Of a stretch of 64,000 bases of DNA, positions 60,548 through 64,000 are shown piece by piece (position 1 is the first letter of the stretch; the number at the start of each line of letters is the position of its first letter). The notes beneath the pieces are model-generated. The model saw nothing but the letters and a program-made list of their open reading frames with translations, made no database searches and had not been told where the DNA came from. The position numbers and the translations under genes were made by a program. The DNA comes from Hydrolagus affinis (taxonomy: Eukaryota), in assembly GCA_012026655.1 (NCBI GenBank), contig JAAILG010000425.1:1-64000 (forward strand), read 5' to 3'.

Positions 60548-62139
60548 CTATTATGTCCCCCCCTCCCCCCACTCAGTTGCTTTACATGCAAGCTCACAAC
60601 CGCAGCTGGAAACAACCAAGCTTTTTTTAAAACCTTCTTCAAGTGATCACCAGCCTGCATGCAATTGAGAATTGCATTAATATGCTTGAAAAGGCACCAG
60701 ACTAGCATCTAAAGGCTGCAAGGAATGGGGTGGTGGTCACCCCCTGCCCCACTGTTAACCTCTACCACTGGTTTCTCTCAATCAAATTCTGTCTCTCTGT
60801 ATAACTGTGTCTGTCTCTCTTCTGTATTTCATGTGTGTATCCCTCTTTAGGGCTTTCACTACTATCTTCCTTGATTTATTCCTCTATCAGCAATTAGCTG
60901 AATATGATACAACAACAATACCAATTTGCATTTATATAGCGCCCTTCATGAAAGGTAGCGTCTTGCAAGGTGATAGTGCCATCTGTGAGTGCTGCTGGCA
61001 TGTGATATGCTACAATGGATCAGAATGCCATATAGGTTTTCGTTAATGTAATATTTTCCACCCCATCTGAACCTTAAAATGGGAAAGGGGAGGAGCATTG
61101 AAAAGGTTATGGCCAATGAGAAAGTGAAATTGAAGTATCCAAGATTTGTCTGTAACTTCACAACTCCCCAGCTATTGTGTATTTTACTGTCATTTGACAT
61201 TTTGGAGGTCATAGAGATAATGAGAGGAATTTACTTTGATGGCAAGATGATTCTGTGCTTCCTGCATATTTAGAGATCTCAAGGGAAACTGTGAAAGCTT
61301 TGATCATTCGAAAGCTCACCTCAGGGAACAGAAAAAAATCAGGAACCTGTGTATCATACAGCGTTCTCGCCTCGTGTTGAAACAGTGAGGCTGGCATCCC
61401 TTGAGATTACTAGAACATGAGGAGTTTCTTAATAAGAGCCTCTGTGTACTGCTACTGATGGCCTCGATGTCTGGGAGCTCTAGTTTTAAAATGTCCTTAA
61501 TTTACAAAGGTTGAAATTATCTTTAAAAAAAACCTTGTACAGTATTCAGATATTTTAAGGGGTCAAGCATTTTCCAAGGTTCAGGTAGTAACCTGCAATC
61601 ATCATAACCACAATCCAAGCTGAGCAAACTGTATAAAAATTAATGTTCAAATCCTATTATTGTATCAATGTTTCATTTTTAATGTTTTGTCATAATTTTA
61701 AACTGAATTTTTTGCCTAAAACCTCTGCAGTTTTTAGCCTAGTTATCTTGTAGGTATCCAAATACCATGTGTTCTATGGGACGTTCAAGCTCAGACTGTC
61801 TGTTACCACACTTGTCTCTGTCTTTTCCCTGTTGTTTATTGAGTTCTTGTCATGTAACCAGCTCAGCAGCCAAGCTATTAAGATGCTTTGCTTGACACTC
61901 ATCTGCGTGTGAACTTAAATCACAGGATTATCCAGGGTTCATCATTATTAATGCAATTGCTGATTTAAGGATAGCAGGATTCCCAAACCAGATAAAGCTT
62001 GTGGCATATATAATGTGTGTCCAAACAATTCTGCTTCATGGCTCTGAACTCCTGGGCATGGTATCCACATTTATTGTTATGTGCAGAGGTTAATTGTTGG
62101 TATTGGCCTTTGCACAAGTTGTTAAACTAAGGAGATGTT

Positions 62140-62300
62140 TGCTCATTGTGGTAGTTCAGGCAAATGTTGAAAGATCCCCATAGAACTATTTCATTGAGAT
62201 GTAGAGAGTACTCCTTGCCAATGAGTTCCCTTTTCAAATCCACATTGGGTGAATTAATTTAGTTATCTATCTCACTGCTGTATATGGACCAATAACCTAC
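62140..62300 (+). mobile_element. Degraded Deu-domain SINE fragment
   Basis: TTCAGGCAAATGTTGAAAGATCCCCATAGAACTATTTCA...TTATCTATCTCACTGCTG. Confidence 0.5.
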
Positions 62301-64000
62301 ATTTATAAAAAAAGTAACAAGGCACAAGATCCATATAATTAAGTATGGGTTACTAAGAAAATAGCAATGTTGTGACATTAGGATTTATGTAATCCCTCAC
62401 CTCCTTCAGTGTTGAGTATTAGTGGGTCATGGCACCACTTGGAGAGGGGATTATTTTCTGAAAAATGTCTCAATGTTTATTTGAACTTTACACCATCATA
62501 TGGAACGGGGTTTGGCTTGTAACAAATCTTGTTAGTCGAGGATAGATAGTGGCCATAGCTGATTTATTATGAGAAATATCACGTCTGTAAGTAAAAGTGA
62601 TATGAAACCCTGGATTACACAAAAAGCTTGTGTGAATCCTATCTCCCAGCATGTTTACCCCTTGTCAGGGTATTGCAAAACAGCACTAAATTCCTTTATA
62701 AGAGGGATTGGATTCCAGCTCTAAGCTGAAATTGTGTCATAGTGGAGGCTCGTGTAATCAACTCACTGAAGGGATGGATTCTGGTAATACATGTGAAACT
62801 AAGGAAATGTTTCACATGTATTACTTGTGGGGATGAGAAGTGACCATAACACTTTCTAAATCTCTCTGGTCAGAGTGCAGAGAGAAAAAATATATAAAAA
62901 CACTGCACCCTATCCCTCTCAAGCTCAGTTTTCCTGCAGATTGGTTTGACATATGTATAGAGCAGATAGCTACAACACTATCATTGTGTCTTTGAATCTG
63001 ATGCTTTTGGATACTGTGTATCCAAATATCCTATAATGGGGGAAAACATCCTTGACAGGAAAAACAATTTAGATTGAAAAATGAAATAATAGCCAAGCAA
63101 ACATCAAAGAGAAACTGTTGTAAAACATTTAAAACAGTCTTGTATAGGTCTGTGACAATGGTCACTGAGTCAGCTGTCTGTAAATGATGGGAAAAATATA
63201 ACTGGATAGACAACATGACAGAATGCATTTATACAATGTAAAACGAGAGCTGTCATCTCAATATATTATAACAAGTTTATTGTCAAAAATATCTTAAATG
63301 GCTATTATATATCTTGTTTTGTTTAAATCTATTCATCCGAAGGGGAAGAAAGTTGGAATATTGGTTAATGGAAGCCTGTTTGCAAACGTCCTTTCATTGA
63401 TATTGGTGCACACATTAAAGACTGAGATCTTTCCACATTTACTGGGCCCAAAAAAGAACTTATGATATGATATACATAAAATGCTTCTTTTTAAACAATA
63501 GTTTTGAAACATGACACATTGCAAGAAAATATAAATTAAAGTTATTCATACATGTATTGGTATCTTTCTTTCAAACATTTTGTAATTCTATTAAAACCAC
63601 GGCTTCTGTTTCTGACTGCTACAATCTGTTCAAAACATTCAAAATTATGTCCAGTTGCTCAATGATATGTTTTGAATGATTTTACAGAGTGCCAAAGCCT
63701 TCCTTTCTTATGAGATTCAAAATGTTCACAGCTTGGGTCCACTGTTCGAAATCTGAACACATGATGCCAATCAAATGGCTCTTCTTTCATTCCTCCATTG
63801 TACATTGCTGGCAGTGAACACATACAATTACAATGAACCAATCCCATCATTGGCATCCTCTTTACTTCCCAACCCAGCAAGGAACAAAGTCTGATGTCTG
63901 ACATATCATCAGATCTCTTCTTTAGCATTGACATCAGTTCAGTTCTGTTTCATAGAAATCTTAAGATTCTCCTGTGTTCAGGAACCACCTTGAATATGTA

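Noticed and set aside
63659-63934. 91-aa minus-strand ORF at the window end
   Set aside because: In-frame stop just upstream, no recognisable homology or splice signals.
1-64000. CRISPR-like array or prokaryotic-type system suggested by recurring 30-60 bp motifs
   Set aside because: The recurring motifs are dispersed SINE/L2 tails in both orientations at irregular spacing; the DNA is vertebrate, with no operons or cas-like ORFs.

Overview
Eukaryotic, AT-rich, CpG-depleted vertebrate DNA. The repeat content (CR1 and L2 LINEs, tRNA-headed SINEs with L2-type tails, Deu-domain SINEs, Penelope remnants) points to a cartilaginous fish, possibly a holocephalan; this is inferred from recalled repeat families. 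I found no intact protein-coding gene, rRNA, true tRNA or CRISPR array, so the window reads as a large intron or intergenic tract. Most ORF-track entries are noise or TE fragments. There is one 100-N assembly gap (25325-25424). The only host-gene-derived sequence I recognise is a solitary, very divergent, Cys-rich histone H2B copy (31092-31386) with clustered A>G changes, many retained CpGs and a possible decayed histone stem-loop. Other notable structures: a 90-bp segment shared between 11555-11644 and the RT motif of a CR1 8 kb away, a SINE that replaced about 190 bp of a CR1 at a microhomology junction, a MITE with 45-bp TIRs, an LF-SINE-like segment and nested old SINEs. All alignments were done by eye, family names come from memory, and TE boundaries are approximate. 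No clearly new multi-gene system is supported.
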